Part shown: positions 27,340 through 38,287 of the stretch, one piece after another
Numbering within the stretch: position 1 is the stretch's first letter
Layout of the letters: each line of letters opens with the position of its first letter
Assembly (NCBI GenBank): GCA_035495635.1
Contig: DATJFN010000055.1
Location: 539-64,538, forward strand
Direction: 5' to 3'
Length of the DNA: 64,000 nt
DNA from: Steroidobacteraceae bacterium
GTDB lineage: Bacteria; Pseudomonadota; Gammaproteobacteria; Steroidobacterales; Steroidobacteraceae
Made by a program: the position numbers and the translations under genes
The notes under the pieces: generated by a model
The model's input: the letters and a program-made list of their open reading frames with translations, nothing else
The model's database searches: none
What the model was told of the DNA's origin: nothing

Positions 27340-27422
27340 AGGGGACGCGCCCCTTTATTTTTTTCATTTTGGGGTCGCGCGCACTTTTTCAAAATGAAAA
27401 AATAAAGGGGCGCGTCCCCTCT
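27338..27422. repeat. inverted REP pair forming an ~85 nt nested palindrome
   Basis: Copies are at 27338..27356 and 27404..27422. Between them, TTTTCATTTTG (27361..27371) and CAAAATGAAAA (27390..27400) are perfect inverted repeats. Both flanking convergent genes end in TAA codons inside the outer arms. Confidence 0.9.
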
Positions 27423-28201
27423 TATTGCGGCTGCGCAATCCTCCCACGAATTTCCCGCAGCTTCGCCTGCACGCGCGCGGCGTTACCCGGGCCCATGCGC
27501 AGGAGCAGTTTTCGGCCCGTCGACTGCGACTCGAGAGCGGGGTCCGCGAACTCGTACAGCACGTTCGGGCGCGCGAGCGCGATGTTCGCCGGCGCCTCGG
27601 GCGCCGACAGCAGGTGATCGATCACCTCGATCACGCGATCGTTGAAGTAGCCGTCGGGGTTCCCGAGGTCTTCATAGGCCTTCTGGAACTGCGGGTAGAG
27701 GCGCTTGTAGAGCGCCGCCGTCTGGTCGACGTCGAGCGAGTCGACGAGATCAACCCAGGGCTTGTAACGGGAGAAGTTCGCGGCCCCGAGGACTGGCGCT
27801 TCCTCGCCGCCAGCCGTGACGAACTTTCCCGCCACGGGCTTTGCCGGGTTCATGCGCGCGGCGATGTCCTGGCGCGCGAGCGCGTCGACGGTTGCGACGA
27901 GCTTCCGCACGAATTCGTCGGGCACGAACATCGCCTCGAAACGCGGCGTGCCGATGAGCGTCGCCACCTGCTCGGTGGCCGACAGGTTCGGGTCGATGTC
28001 GTCGGGCGGGATGATCGGGTTCTTGACCTTCGGCGCCGCAGCCGATGGGGCAGCGGCCACGGGCGCTGCGGGCTCTTGCTTGCCGCGCGACTGCCAGTAC
28101 CAGACACCGGCGAGCAGCGCGATGACGATCGCCCCGATGATGATCCAGCGGCCTACCTTCTCGTCCTGCCAGAGCGGCCGATTGCGCTTTTCGGCGTACA
28201 T
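27422..28201 (-). CDS. DUF3014-family membrane-anchored protein
   Basis: 259 aa. N-terminal TM (WIIIGAIVIALLAGVWYW). The conserved C-terminal region (...FSRYKPWVDLVDSLD...LYPQFQKAYEDLG.PDGYFNDRVIEVIDHLL) is typical of DUF3014. Confidence 0.7.
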   Translation of the reverse strand: MYAEKRNRPLWQDEKVGRWIIIGAIVIALLAGVWYWQSRGKQEPAAPVAAAPSAAAPKVKNPIIPPDDIDPNLSATEQVATLIGTPRFEAMFVPDEFVRKLVATVDALARQDIAARMNPAKPVAGKFVTAGGEEAPVLGAANFSRYKPWVDLVDSLDVDQTAALYKRLYPQFQKAYEDLGNPDGYFNDRVIEVIDHLLSAPEAPANIALARPNVLYEFADPALESQSTGRKLLLRMGPGNAARVQAKLREIRGRIAQPQ

Positions 28202-28290
28202 GATGGGAACCTCCGAGGTTCCTGCACTGTAGTTGATACCGGCCCGTCCGGCATCATCTTAGGAGACCCGGACACGCGAGGACGGTTCCC

Positions 28291-29163
28291 TTGACCCGGA
28301 TTCCGCTTACCGCCGAGATGTCGCCGAAGGAAGCCGCCGACTGCGGCTTCGTGCTCGACGCGATCGGCATTCCTTACGAGCGGCGGACGACGGCGACCGG
28401 CTCGAGCCTCTGGGTCGAGCCGGAGGACCACCCGCGCGCGGCGCGCGAGGTCGGCGCGTACCTGCGCGAGAATCGCCGCCCCGTGCAGCCGCCCGTGGTG
28501 TGGCCCCGGCATCCGCATGCGCTCTACGGCGTCTTCGGCTACGCAATCGTCCTGGTCGCCGTGACGCTCGCATCGATTTCGCACGCCTTCAACAAGGGCT
28601 GGAACTCCGCCGGCGTGCTCGACCGGGGCTTCTTCGAGCGCGGCGAGTGGTGGCGCGTCGTCACCGCGCTCACGCTGCACGCGGACATGCTGCACCTGCT
28701 CTCGAACCTCGCCTTCGGCGCGCTCTTCGGCTACCCGGCGGCGCGGCTCTTCGGACCCGGCGTCGCCTGGCTCCTCATCCTCGTGGGTGGCGCGCTCGCC
28801 TACGGCATCGACGCCCAGCTCCACCCGCCGGAGCACTACCTTCTCGGTGCGTCGACCGCCGTGTTCACCGCCCTCGGCCTCATCGCGGCCTACGGCTGGC
28901 GCCGCCACCTCCGAAATTGGACGCCCTGGATCCGCAACGCATCGCCCCTGCTCGCCGGTTTTGCACTGCTCGCGTTTACCGGCACGGGCGGCGAGAACAC
29001 CGACATCCTCGCGCACTTGGTCGGCTTTGCCGTCGGGGCCGCGCTCGGCGCCATCTGCGCCCGCCTCCCCATGCCCGCCCCCGGCCGCACCGGCATCCAA
29101 TGGGCCGCCGGGCTGCTATCGATCGCATTGATCGCGGTCGCGTGGACGTTCGCTCTGCACTAA
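28291..29163 (+). CDS. rhomboid family intramembrane serine protease
   Basis: 290 aa. WWRVVTALTLHADMLHLLSNL, catalytic GASTAVF (GxSxxxF) and ILAHLVGF (His). TTG start as in the track. Confidence 0.8.
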   Translation: MTRIPLTAEMSPKEAADCGFVLDAIGIPYERRTTATGSSLWVEPEDHPRAAREVGAYLRENRRPVQPPVVWPRHPHALYGVFGYAIVLVAVTLASISHAFNKGWNSAGVLDRGFFERGEWWRVVTALTLHADMLHLLSNLAFGALFGYPAARLFGPGVAWLLILVGGALAYGIDAQLHPPEHYLLGASTAVFTALGLIAAYGWRRHLRNWTPWIRNASPLLAGFALLAFTGTGGENTDILAHLVGFAVGAALGAICARLPMPAPGRTGIQWAAGLLSIALIAVAWTFALH

Positions 29164-29167
29164 GAAT

Positions 29168-29186
29168 AAAGGGGACGCGCCCCTTT
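29168..29186. repeat. REP-like palindrome copy
   Basis: AAAGGGGACGCGCCCCTTT with flanks GAAT...ATTC, 5 nt after the rhomboid TAA stop. It lies between two same-strand genes. Confidence 0.9.
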
Positions 29187-29213
29187 ATTCCCGAAGCGCA
29201 CAATAGACCCACC

Positions 29214-29819
29214 ATGCTCCCGCATTCCGACCCTTGCGAAAGAAACAAGGGCCCGATCCTGCAAGTACTCCGCAAGGAGTTCGCCGACCGCACGCACGTG
29301 CTCGAGATCGGCAGCGGCACCGGACAGCACGCGGTGTATTTCACCACGGAGATGCCGTGGCTCGTCTGGCAGCCGTCCGAACTGCCAGAGTCCATGGCGG
29401 GGTTGCGGAAGCGGATCTTCAGCGAAGGCCCGAAGAACCTCCGGGCACCCGTCGAGATCGACGTGACCACGCAGCCCTGGGATGTGCGGAAGGTGGATGC
29501 CATCTTCACCGCGAACACCTTGCACATCATGCATTGGCCGCAGGTTGAAGCCTTCTTCGCGGGCCTGCCAGCGATCGCGAAGCCCGGCACCGTGCTCGCG
29601 ATCTACGGCCCGTTCCGCTACGACGGCCGCTACACCTCGGGCAGCAACGAGTCTTTCGACGCAATGCTGCACGCGCGCGATCCGCAGTCGGGGCTGCGCG
29701 ATTTCCGCGACGTGGACGCGCTCGCGCGTGCGGCGGGCTTCGAGTTCCGCGTGGACCACGCGATGCCTGCGAACAACCAGACCCTGGTGTGGACGCTCGC
29801 GGACGCCGCAGCGCCCTGA
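29214..29819 (+). CDS. DUF938-family class I SAM-dependent methyltransferase
   Basis: Trimmed from track ORF 28500..29819. MLPHSDPCERNKGPILQVL...VLEIGSGTGQHAVYF...ANTLHIMHW is typical of DUF938. 201 aa. Confidence 0.75.
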   Translation: MLPHSDPCERNKGPILQVLRKEFADRTHVLEIGSGTGQHAVYFTTEMPWLVWQPSELPESMAGLRKRIFSEGPKNLRAPVEIDVTTQPWDVRKVDAIFTANTLHIMHWPQVEAFFAGLPAIAKPGTVLAIYGPFRYDGRYTSGSNESFDAMLHARDPQSGLRDFRDVDALARAAGFEFRVDHAMPANNQTLVWTLADAAAP

Positions 29820-29828
29820 GATTCAACC

Positions 29829-30278
29829 ATGGACGGCATGCGCCGGGCGTTCCGGGACAACCTCGTCGCGATCACCAGCCTCGTCGTCGCGCTCTCCGCC
29901 CTCGGCTACAACACTTGGCGCAACGAGCGCACCGAGCGGAACCGCAACGTCCGCGTCGCCGGCATCGAGATCCTGAAGGAGATCGGATCGCTGCAGGAGA
30001 TCGTCGCCCAGGTCAGCTCCGGCGACGACGACCTCCCGGGCGCAACGCCGCATGACCCGCGGGGCCGGTTGCGCATGGGCTGGGTCGACGTCTGGACGCT
30101 CAACGACATGGCGGCGGTGATGCCGGCGGATGTCACGCGCGAGGCCCGGGAGCTGGAGGCTGCCTGGGGGGCGGACGTCGAGGAGCTGCCAACGAGCGAA
30201 GCCTCGTCGCAGCGCATCAACGCGGCCATCGAGGAACTGCGGCAGGCGACGCTCGCCTCGCTCCGCGCGCTCCGCTAG
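29829..30278 (+). CDS. hypothetical membrane-anchored protein
   Basis: 149 aa with one TM (LVAITSLVVALSALGY). No recognised domain. The coding call rests on ORF length and position only. Confidence 0.45.
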   Translation: MDGMRRAFRDNLVAITSLVVALSALGYNTWRNERTERNRNVRVAGIEILKEIGSLQEIVAQVSSGDDDLPGATPHDPRGRLRMGWVDVWTLNDMAAVMPADVTREARELEAAWGADVEELPTSEASSQRINAAIEELRQATLASLRALR

Positions 30279-30296
30279 CGCGCGCGCCGCCGGCGC

Positions 30297-30767
30297 CTAG
30301 AGCGCCGGCTTCAGCACCATGAACCCGAGGCCGATGAGCGGCGTCACGGTCGCGATCGCGCCCCAGAAATCCCACTGCTTCGACAGCCGGTGATAGGCCA
30401 CGTAATCGAACGCCCCGCTGTTCGCGCCAGCCGCCGCCGCTGTGTGCATGCGGCGCTGCAGCGGCCCGAGGCGGGTCATGAAGACGGCGCCCGAGATTGC
30501 GAACATCACGATCGTCCAGACGATCCAGGGCGTGCCGAAGATCGGGAAGCCGCCGCGGATCGCGGCGAAGATGCCGCTCGCGAGGATCACGAAGACGCCT
30601 GGCATGGTGAACAGCCGGTCGCTGCGGATGACGCCGTCCATCGCGTGCGCGATGAGCACGGCGTTCCGTGTCCTGAGCGCGTGCCGGTGCCAGAAAACCC
30701 CGGTGATGATGTTGCCGAGGAACAGGACGACCGCGATCACGTGAACCAGCTTGAGCCACAGGTACAT
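30297..30767 (-). CDS. DUF2269-family integral membrane protein
   Basis: 156 aa, 4 TM. MYLWLKLVHVIAVVLFLGNIITGVFW is typical of DUF2269. Confidence 0.65.
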   Translation of the reverse strand: MYLWLKLVHVIAVVLFLGNIITGVFWHRHALRTRNAVLIAHAMDGVIRSDRLFTMPGVFVILASGIFAAIRGGFPIFGTPWIVWTIVMFAISGAVFMTRLGPLQRRMHTAAAAGANSGAFDYVAYHRLSKQWDFWGAIATVTPLIGLGFMVLKPAL

Positions 30768-30771
30768 CGCA

Positions 30772-31605
30772 TCAACCTCCCTGCACCAGCCGGCGCCGCA
30801 ACCCGCCGAGCCAGCGCGTGAACGTCTGCGGCGCGAGCCGCTTGAACCGCCACAGCCAGCGATAGCGCGCCGGCAACACCACGTGCAGCGCCCCGCCGGC
30901 CGCGCGCGCGAGGATTTCTTCCGCGACCGGCCCGGCCTCGAGGTTCGCGCGATCCATCAGCCGCTCGCCGAAACGCCTCGCGTCGGCCGGGGCGCGGGCG
31001 CTGTCCATGATCCGCGTGCGGAAGAACCCCGGCATCGCGACCGCGACGTCGACGCCCGTGTCCGCCAGCTCCTGGGCGAGCGTCTCGGTGAGCGCGACCA
31101 CGGCCGCCTTGGAGGCATTGTAGGCGCCCATTCGGAACGCCGACATGAAGGCGGCGGCGCTCGCGACGTTGACGATGAGGCCGCGGCCCGCCGCCGCCAT
31201 GTGCGCGGCCTCGGCGCGACAGCAGTGCACGACGCCGAGCACGTTGACGTCGAGGATCCACCGCCAGTCAGCGGGCGGCGTCTCGGCGAGGTCGCCCGCG
31301 ACCGCGACACCCGCGCAGTTCAGCGCGAGGTCGAGTCCGCCGAGGCGGCCGGCGAATGCGTCGATCGCGAACGTCACCGCAGACTCGTCGGTGGTGTCGA
31401 CGGTGAAAGCCTCGCAGTGCGGGCTGCCCATCGCGCGAAGCGCTTCCGCGGCGCTCGTGAGGCGCGGCTCGTCGCGATCGAGGAGCGCGATGCGCCAGCC
31501 GCGCGCGGCCAGCAATTCCGCCGCGGCAAGCCCGAGGCCGCTCGCACCGCCGGTGATGACGGCGCGCCGGTTGGGAAATCGCGCGTCGAGCGCGGCGAGG
31601 CTCAT
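30772..31605 (-). CDS. SDR family oxidoreductase
   Basis: 277 aa. VITGGASGLGLAAA (TGxxxGxG), NCAG, and the catalytic YNASK. Confidence 0.85.
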   Translation of the reverse strand: MSLAALDARFPNRRAVITGGASGLGLAAAELLAARGWRIALLDRDEPRLTSAAEALRAMGSPHCEAFTVDTTDESAVTFAIDAFAGRLGGLDLALNCAGVAVAGDLAETPPADWRWILDVNVLGVVHCCRAEAAHMAAAGRGLIVNVASAAAFMSAFRMGAYNASKAAVVALTETLAQELADTGVDVAVAMPGFFRTRIMDSARAPADARRFGERLMDRANLEAGPVAEEILARAAGGALHVVLPARYRWLWRFKRLAPQTFTRWLGGLRRRLVQGG

Positions 31606-31624
31606 GGCCCCGCCAGTGTACGGG

Positions 31625-32089
31625 TCAGGCCGGCGCGGGCGCGACCTTCTCCGAGATCCAGCCGAGCACGGGCCCCGCGATGGCGTACATCACCGCCGCA
31701 CCGACCATCCACCAGGTCCAGATCCTGCCAGGCAGGTTGAACACGCCGTGGTAGCCGAGCGCATCGACCACCGCGAAGGCGAGCGCGATCGCGCCGAACT
31801 TGAGGCCTCGCTGCCACGCGGGCCCGGCGAGCGCGGGGCGGACCACGCTGTAGACGCCCGCCGCGATGAAGGCGCCGAGGATCCCGGACGGGATCCACAG
31901 CTTCCAGAGTAGGCTCGGATCCGGCGGGTTCGCGTTGAGCTCCGGCCGCCAGAAGGATGCGGTCGCACGATACGCCTCGGCGAGCACGCCGGAGTCCGGC
32001 GAGTGGATGAAGTGCCCGAGCACCATCGAGACGGCGAGAAGCGCGGCGTAGTAGACGATGCCGCCGACGAAGACGATCTTCCAGTTCAA
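31625..32089 (-). CDS. hypothetical integral membrane protein
   Basis: 154 aa, 4 predicted TM segments. It is on the same strand as katG and 94 nt downstream of it. Confidence 0.55.
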   Translation of the reverse strand: MNWKIVFVGGIVYYAALLAVSMVLGHFIHSPDSGVLAEAYRATASFWRPELNANPPDPSLLWKLWIPSGILGAFIAAGVYSVVRPALAGPAWQRGLKFGAIALAFAVVDALGYHGVFNLPGRIWTWWMVGAAVMYAIAGPVLGWISEKVAPAPA

Positions 32090-32183
32090 GGGAAGCCCTC
32101 CCGCGCGCTGACCGCCGCATCCTGCGCCGGCGTGAATGCCGGCGCAAGGATGCGGCGGGGAGAGCCCCGACGAGAGCGAGCCG

Positions 32184-34355
<2,172 letters not shown>

Positions 34356-34409
34356 TCAGTCCTCTTCGCGTGGGGCGCACAGGATGCGCCTCCATCCGCC
34401 ATTCGTACA

Positions 34410-34446
34410 ATCAATTGTAACTATCGTTTTGATAGACTTTGCCTAT
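34410..34446. promoter_or_regulatory. candidate OxyR operator in the katG/oxyR divergent region
   Basis: ATCA-N7-CTAT-N7-ATAG-N7-CTAT, compared with the consensus ATAG-N7-CTAT-N7-ATAG-N7-CTAT (14/16 core positions, same 37 bp span). It lies in the only AT-rich stretch here and overlaps the oxyR ATG. Confidence 0.5.
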
Positions 34447-35329
34447 GAACCTCCGCGACCTCGAGTACCTGGTCGCGCTCGCCGAGACGCGTCATTTCGG
34501 CCGCGCGGCCGCGCGCTGCCACGTGTCGCAGCCGACGCTCTCCGCGCAGCTTCGCAAGCTCGAGGACTTCCTCGGCGTCGCCCTCGTCGAGCGCCGCCCC
34601 GGCCCGCTCGCGCTGACGGCCGCGGGCGACGCGGTCGTCGATCGCGCGCGGCGCATCCTCCGGGACGCCGAGGACATCCGGAGCCTCGCGCGGGCGAGCC
34701 AGGACCCGCTCTCCGGGCCGCTGAAGGTCGGCCTCATTCCGACGCTCGGGCCCTACCTCCTGCCGCGCGTGGCGCCCCGGATCGCGAAGATGCTGCCGAA
34801 GCTGTCGCTGCTGCTGCACGAGTACCAGACGGCACCGCTCGTGGAGCGGACGCTCGCGGGCGAGCTCGACCTCGCGATCCTCGCGCTGCCGGCGGACACG
34901 AAGGGCCTCGTCACGCGCTCGCGGTTCGACGAGCCCTTCCTCGACGCCATGCCCGCTCGCCATCGCTTCGCGTCGAAGAAGCGAGTGAAGGCCACCGAGC
35001 TCGAGGGCGAGAAGCTCCTGCTCCTCGAGGAGGGGCATTGCCTGCGCGACCAGGCGCTCGAAGTTTGCGAGCACCTCGGCACGGAGGAACAGGCGTTCCG
35101 CGCTACGAGCCTCGAGACATTGCGGCAGATGGTCGCGTCCGGCCTCGGCCTCACGCTGCTGCCGGAGCTAGCGGCCGATGGGCCGTTCGCGGCGGCGCAC
35201 GGACTTGCGGTGCGCCCCTTCGCCGCGCCGATGCCCAAGCGCGTCGTCGGCGGAGCGTGGCGGCGCTCGACTTCGCGCGGTGCGGCGATCGCGGCGGTGT
35301 GCGATCTCATCGTCCGTGCCGCACCGTGA
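34445..35329 (+). CDS. oxyR: LysR-family hydrogen peroxide-sensing regulator OxyR
   Basis: MNLRDLEYLVALAETRHFGRAAARCHVSQPTLS (HTH) and the redox pair context LLLLEEGHCLRDQALEVC. It is divergent from katG. Confidence 0.85.
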   Translation: MNLRDLEYLVALAETRHFGRAAARCHVSQPTLSAQLRKLEDFLGVALVERRPGPLALTAAGDAVVDRARRILRDAEDIRSLARASQDPLSGPLKVGLIPTLGPYLLPRVAPRIAKMLPKLSLLLHEYQTAPLVERTLAGELDLAILALPADTKGLVTRSRFDEPFLDAMPARHRFASKKRVKATELEGEKLLLLEEGHCLRDQALEVCEHLGTEEQAFRATSLETLRQMVASGLGLTLLPELAADGPFAAAHGLAVRPFAAPMPKRVVGGAWRRSTSRGAAIAAVCDLIVRAAP

Positions 35330-35350
35330 CCACGTGCTGCGGCTGGCCGC

Positions 35351-36085
35351 CTACACGGTGATCGAGAGGAGCTGGTAAAGGCCGCCGAAGTAGGTTCGCT
35401 TGCGCACGGCGACCCGGGATCCCGGCGGAAGCCAGCTGGTGATCTCGGCGCGCCACAAGTCGAGCGCGAACGGCTCCAGCATCCCGAACACGCCCGCCAT
35501 CAGCCAGTACAGCGGATGCAGGCGCTTCGGGCGGTGATAGTCGACGACCACGATGCGGCCTCCCGGTCGCACCACGCGCAGTGCCTCCGCCAGCGTCTCG
35601 CGGCGGACAGCGGCCGGCTGCTCGTGCAGCAGGAAGAACAGCATTGCCCGGTCGTAGCTGCCTGTCGGGCACTCGAGCGCTGCGCTGTCTCCCTGGAACA
35701 GCTCCACCGCGGGTGATTCCCTGCTATCGGGTCCACGCCGCCGCAGCAGGCTGGCCGGCAGCTTGCGCGCCAGGTTATCGAGTTGAACGCGCAGCACGTC
35801 GACCACGTGAAGCTTGGCGCCGTGCGCAAGCCGCGCGGCGATGCGGCTTGTCAGGTCCCCGTATACGCAGGAGACCTGCAGCGTCCGCCCGGGCAGGCTT
35901 CCGCCGAGCGCAGCGAGCGCCGCGTTGCGCAGGCGGCCGTAATTACCCCACAGGATCAGGTTGACGAGCCATTGCCGCTCGAACAGGCGAACCGCCCGCG
36001 GATGCACGTAGGCCCACCAATACGTCCGCACCAGGTAATCCGGCACGTCTGCATCAGGCCTCGGCAATCGCACTTCCGCGTGCAA
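35351..36085 (-). CDS. rquA: RquA-like methyltransferase-fold protein (candidate rhodoquinone biosynthesis enzyme)
   Basis: 244 aa. VPDYLVRTYWWAYVHPRAV, a degenerate SAM motif I (LQVSCVYGDL instead of DxGxGxG), VVVDYHRP, LEPFALDLWR and TYFGGLYQLL match, from memory, the RquA pattern of Rhodospirillum rubrum. The TTG track start is uncertain. It lies 27 nt downstream of mtrB on the same strand. Confidence 0.6.
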   Translation of the reverse strand: MHAEVRLPRPDADVPDYLVRTYWWAYVHPRAVRLFERQWLVNLILWGNYGRLRNAALAALGGSLPGRTLQVSCVYGDLTSRIAARLAHGAKLHVVDVLRVQLDNLARKLPASLLRRRGPDSRESPAVELFQGDSAALECPTGSYDRAMLFFLLHEQPAAVRRETLAEALRVVRPGGRIVVVDYHRPKRLHPLYWLMAGVFGMLEPFALDLWRAEITSWLPPGSRVAVRKRTYFGGLYQLLSITV

Positions 36086-36112
36086 GGGGAGCTCTGCCCG
36101 GCCAGGTCCCGG

Positions 36113-38287
36113 TTACGGCCCGGGACTCGGCGCGGCGGCTGCGGCGCCGCCGAATCGATAGCGGAACGAGAGGCCGATGAGCTTGGCGTCGTGATCGTAA
36201 GGATCGGCGCCGCTCGCGAGGACCGACGGCACCGTGTCGGGCTCGACGCCTTCGAGCGCCCAGTCGTGGGCATCGAAATGCTCGTAACGCAGCGTGCCGA
36301 TGACGTCGAGCGCCGGCGTCGCCGCGAATTGCACCTCGAGGCTCGGCCCGTGCGAGCGCGTGCGCAGCGACGGAAACGCCTGCGGCGCGCCGCTCTGCAT
36401 CTCGACGTCGCCATCGCCGTCGATCAGGAAATATTCGAACCGCAAATTCCAGCGCTCCCCGAGACGATCGGCCCTGATGCCGGCAGAGGCCGTATCGAAC
36501 CGGTCGCGACTCCTCGCCTCCCAGTCCGGCGCGCCGAACGACTGGCTGCCGCTCAGGCGGCTCACGATCTCCTGCCGCCCGTATGAAGCATACGCAAAGA
36601 AGCGCTCGGACATCGCCCACGACAGGTCGGCCGTTTCGCCGGAATCCCGGCTGCGCGTGAGGCCGAGGCTGGAGTTGACGTAGTCGTCCAGGTAATAGAA
36701 GCCGCCCAGCGAGACCGTCACGTGACCGGGCAGCGCGAAGTCGATCCCGGCATCCCAGAAGTCGCGCTCGCGGTCGGCCAGGTTGAACTTGCGCATCAGC
36801 GGATTCTGCGGCGCGCTCGCCGCCGTGTCCGGGACATAAGGATCCGTGTCGCGGTTGGCGCCGCCGTAGCGAGCCTGGATAGAGAGCCAGGCGAGCGGGT
36901 TCGCGCGCAGCCGCGCCCACGCGCGGTCCTCCGTCGCCTGCGCGGCTTCCTGGAAGGTCCGGTCCCACTCCTCGTGGTCCCACTCCGCGGAGAGTTGCAG
37001 CGGCCGGCCGGCCTGCGGCCACAGCAGGCGCGCGAGGTCGTAGTCGCCGGCCAGCCAGAACTTCTGGCGCCGGAAACTGTAGGGCGTGTTCGTCTCGGCT
37101 CCGCCGGGGAAGGTGTCGCTCTCCACCGTGTCGTACTCGGCGCGCGGCGTGCCATTGTCACGGTCGTCGTAGCGGTACCCCAGCCTGCCGCGCAGCCCTT
37201 CGAGCCAGGAGACTTGCGCGCCCAGGTCGCCGCGGAGTTGCAGGTCGATGTGCGTGACGTCGACGCTGCCGTCCAGCGACTCGCGCGGCAGCGTGCCGGT
37301 CGCGATCAACGCGTTGGTTGTATAGGGCAGGAACGCATCATTCTGCGACGCCCGGCCCAGCGATCCGTTGAACGTCAGGCGCCACGTTGCACCGAGCGCA
37401 TAGCCGAGGCTGACCGCGAGCTGGTTGAACTGGTTATCCGGCTCCAGTGCCGTGCGCCCGCGGTCGGCCCCGGGTGCGATCGCGCTGAACGGGTTGTCCC
37501 AGGCGTAGTCCCACTGGCCCGAGAAGAAAGAGCCGAAGTAGCTGACGGCGACGCTCCCCCGCGACATCTCGTACCGCGCAGACCAGTCGACCTGATCGGT
37601 CACCGTGTCGACCGGGCTCGCGAGCTGGCTCGTGGTGGTGACGAAGTTGGCGCCGCGCAGCCGGTTGCCGTCGCGCGTCTCGTGCGTGAAATGCAGGTCG
37701 GTCTTCCAGCGCGAAGCGCCGTGGAGGCTGCCATCGAGCTGCCAGCGCTCGCGTGTCGTTGCGACGTCGTAGCCGCGCAACGAAGAGTCGAGTTCCGTCA
37801 TGAGCTGCGTGCTGCCGGCGCGTACCCAGCCCGCAGGGAGTCCCAGCGACGAGCCGCCGCCGAGGAATGGCGTGACGGTGGTGTCGTAGCGGTTGTACGG
37901 CGCCGCGATGTAGCCCGCTTCGACCTTCCAGGCGCCCGCGCGGCCCGCCGCGACTTCGACGCTACGATCGTCCAGGCCGAGATCCCGGGCAACTGCGGAC
38001 CAGTAAGCGCCATCCTCGCGGCGCTCGCCGGCAGAGCCGTCGAGCACGAGGTAGCCTCCGTCCTCGGTGATGCCGTCGAATTCGCCGAACCGGGCCGTGG
38101 CGCCGTCGGCGTAGAGGCTGCCCGCCTCCGCTTCAACCACCGGCTTGCCGTCCTCGAACGGGCAGAAATTGCATTCCCAACCGGAGGTGTCCACGGGCGC
38201 ACCGAGCGCGGGCCAGGCCGCGCACAGCGTCAGCGCCGGCAAGACAGGGGAGCGCACGACTCCGCCCATGGATGTGCGTGTCGTCAT
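36113..38287 (-). CDS. mtrB: MtrB/PioB-family decahaem-associated outer-membrane porin
   Basis: C-terminal 724 aa of track ORF 36113..39094. MTTRTSMGG...signal peptide, then the N-terminal CxxC motif (WECNFCPFE) typical of MtrB, then a long beta-barrel. The ATG overlaps the mtrA stop (ATGA). Confidence 0.85.
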   Translation of the reverse strand: MTTRTSMGGVVRSPVLPALTLCAAWPALGAPVDTSGWECNFCPFEDGKPVVEAEAGSLYADGATARFGEFDGITEDGGYLVLDGSAGERREDGAYWSAVARDLGLDDRSVEVAAGRAGAWKVEAGYIAAPYNRYDTTVTPFLGGGSSLGLPAGWVRAGSTQLMTELDSSLRGYDVATTRERWQLDGSLHGASRWKTDLHFTHETRDGNRLRGANFVTTTSQLASPVDTVTDQVDWSARYEMSRGSVAVSYFGSFFSGQWDYAWDNPFSAIAPGADRGRTALEPDNQFNQLAVSLGYALGATWRLTFNGSLGRASQNDAFLPYTTNALIATGTLPRESLDGSVDVTHIDLQLRGDLGAQVSWLEGLRGRLGYRYDDRDNGTPRAEYDTVESDTFPGGAETNTPYSFRRQKFWLAGDYDLARLLWPQAGRPLQLSAEWDHEEWDRTFQEAAQATEDRAWARLRANPLAWLSIQARYGGANRDTDPYVPDTAASAPQNPLMRKFNLADRERDFWDAGIDFALPGHVTVSLGGFYYLDDYVNSSLGLTRSRDSGETADLSWAMSERFFAYASYGRQEIVSRLSGSQSFGAPDWEARSRDRFDTASAGIRADRLGERWNLRFEYFLIDGDGDVEMQSGAPQAFPSLRTRSHGPSLEVQFAATPALDVIGTLRYEHFDAHDWALEGVEPDTVPSVLASGADPYDHDAKLIGLSFRYRFGGAAAAAPSPGP

